A stretch of DNA of 64,000 nt. Source: Phoronis australis. Lineage: Eukaryota > Animalia > Phoronida. The stretch is taken from positions 567,846-631,845 of the forward strand of contig NMRA01000018.1 of NCBI GenBank assembly GCA_002633005.1, written 5' to 3'. Positions 61,690-64,000 of the stretch are shown in pieces. The position numbers and the translations under genes are program-made. Within the stretch, counting starts at the first letter, position 1. Each line of letters starts with the position of its first letter. The notes beneath the pieces were generated by a model, which did no database searches, had not been told where the DNA came from, and saw nothing but the letters and a program-made list of their open reading frames with translations.

Positions 61690-63850
61690 TTGAACGTTGC
61701 ATGACCTTTGCACTAATTGACTTTATCCAATGCATTTTAAGCATCTTTAGGAGAATTATTGCAAAGCCCATGGAAAATGTGTTAAACGCTGAGAATCACA
61801 GTTGTCTAACGGTTGACACATCAGAATACATGTACTTGCTGATTGAAAAGGTCAAATTTTCAGAAGAAAAATGCACCTAATGACCCCATGTTCGCACTAA
61901 ATGACCTGAAACTTTGGATTCCGATTTGATTTACCTGTGGCAATCAGACCTGTCAATTTGAAGTGTCTAGCTCAAACTTTTAGTTTGCACCGAATGACCT
62001 TTGACCTATTTCACCTGATTGGATGACTCGATTACTTGGAAAAGTAATTTTTTAAATTGTCATGTTGACTTATACCTGTGCACCGAATTTGAAAAAGAAA
62101 GCTTTAAAACTGAAGGAGTGTAAGGTTCTGCGTTGGACAGACAAAATCAAAGTCCGAGTTTGACGGGATGATTTTATTTACTAATTCCACTTGGAACCTC
62201 AGTGAAAACTTTGAATCCTTGTGAGAACCGTGTGAGAACTGTGTGAGAACCGTGTGGGAACTGTGTGAGAACCGTGTGAGAACTGTAAATCTATGAAAAT
62301 ACACAAAATACTAAAAATAAATGACAATATTATGTAAAACCGAATCTAAATTAAATTATTAACAATAGTCACTCTTAGAAATTAGTCAAAATTACTCAAA
62401 TGTAACTGAATTGGTATATGAGCTTTAAATCACATTTTACGAACCAACATTTATCTTAAAACATATTATATCCTAGAACATTTCATAGCTCATAAACTCT
62501 AATGAGACTTACAGAAATTGCCCCCTTTGATCTTATCCACGCATGAACATCCAATTCTTGTTTTGTGTATGAGTATGATCCTTGTCAGTGACTGAATACA
62601 CTCCTTGAAACTCTACAGACTCGGTGATCTGCCTAAAATACTTGATTCTCCAAAGTTACTGAGCTTCCTCGTCTCCTAACTTTTTCTTTTGAGAATGACG
62701 CTTATGTTTGCTCCAGAAATATTCATACTCTAAGATATGACTAAACATCACATGGACACTGGTCAAGGCATAAGTACATCGGTGTGGGTGTTTCTTAGAA
62801 TCAACCCACCTAAAGTTGACCACTCCGAAACATATTTTGATGATCATATCCTGTTTATCAGAACACTGAGAACTTAGCAGAACTAAAGCTTTTCTGAAGA
62901 AATTGCGCAATACTTAAGTTTACCACAAGTTGTTTACAATAACAAGTCTTATTCTAAAATATTTGTGACCTTCAAAATATGATATTAATTAACACATTTG
63001 TTCATAAATTTAATCATCGATTTATAATAAATCGTTACATAATTCTAACATTTTTCATCAAAAATGTTACAAGGAGGAGTACCATTTTGAAAATTATATG
63101 ACCTTTGCACCTAACGACCTCTTCCGGTGCAATATGGAATATGATTATGTAACCAATCAAAATTTATACACCGTCAAAGTCATATGCTGAATTTAAAGAC
63201 CGTATCTGCACCCAATTTGGAGTTATTAAGCCTCAAAGTTGGTCGGAAGAAGAATAAGAATAAAATTGAAGGAAACCCAGGAACAACAGTACTCTGCGCT
63301 TACACGCGCAGAGTAATAAAATTGAAGAAAACCCATTAACAACAGTACTCTGCGCTTACACGCGCAGAGTAATAAGAACTAGAAAGATTATTGTCACGGC
63401 ATAACAATAATGGACTCTGCGCGTGCGTATTACTGCGATTGTTATGGGAAGTTATTTACAGTAACCCGTTTACCAATATGAGATGGAATTCTTTAAAATT
63501 GTAGGAGAAATTACATGTTAATATTTTGGTGACCTTTCCACTAATTGACCTTTCCGGTGCCTTATGAGCCCCGATGAGGGAAACATTCTAAACGCAATTA
63601 AAAGTATGGTTGATGCTAAGAATCACAGATGTTTTACTTCAAGCACTTCAGAATACAAGATGAATGAATTGGTAAAACTTTCAGAAGAAAAATGCACCTA
63701 ATGACCCCATGGGTGCATCAAATGGCTCGAAAATTCAAAATTCAAACTCAATCGCATTTAGTAAACAGATATTTAATTTTGAAGTCTCTAGCTCAAAATT
63801 TTAGTTTGCACTCAATGACCTTCGACCTATATTTTTTGATTGGTTAAAGG
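61690..63850. repeat. Second HINE/satellite-like family (TGACC-rich monomers), 11-bp minisatellite and duplicated hairpin
   Basis: 61700-62000 resembles 63530-63830 (AATGCACCTAATGACCCCATG, GAAGT.TCTAGCTCAAA); GTGAGAAC(C/T)GT repeats 62221-62286; ACTCTGCGCttacacGCGCAGAGT twice at 63291-63370. Confidence 0.55.
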
Positions 63851-64000
63851 CGAAGGCAACTTTTTTCATGTCATTTTTAGCAAAAATAGGGTTCGTTGAT
63901 TATCCCATACATATTTTTTACTTATTTACAGATTTTCGTACTTTAATTAATTACTAGTCGTCTACTCCGGAAGTTACGTGTTGGGAGTCAAGAATTTCCC

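Overview
AT-rich metazoan (probably marine invertebrate) genomic DNA with one ~890-N gap (28404-29292) and several single-N contig joins. Two spliced genes sit head-to-head with only 193 bp between start codons. On the minus strand is Acinus/ACIN1: 18 phase-consistent GT-AG exons (46347 to 1678, 804 codons) encoding the SAP domain, acidic and RS regions and the first part of the RRM; the gene continues beyond base 1. On the plus strand is a complete 5-exon BLOC1S4/cappuccino (46541-54148, 205 aa). Introns and the right flank are packed with transposon material: a Helentron/HINE-like family whose ~145-bp internal monomers each carry a CTCF-like motif, Harbinger- and hAT-like MITEs with resolvable TSDs, THAP, HARBI1-like and HIRAN-like remnants, a decayed CR1/L2-group LINE and a tRNA-SINE. 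The top candidates for novelty are an LTR-retrotransposon 3' end carrying a TatD nuclease ORF upstream of its PPT and LTR, the CTCF-motif-array element, and a 152-bp solo LTR containing a tRNA-like Pol III promoter whose termini match the TatD element's LTR. All calls were made by eye from motifs; no database searches were run.
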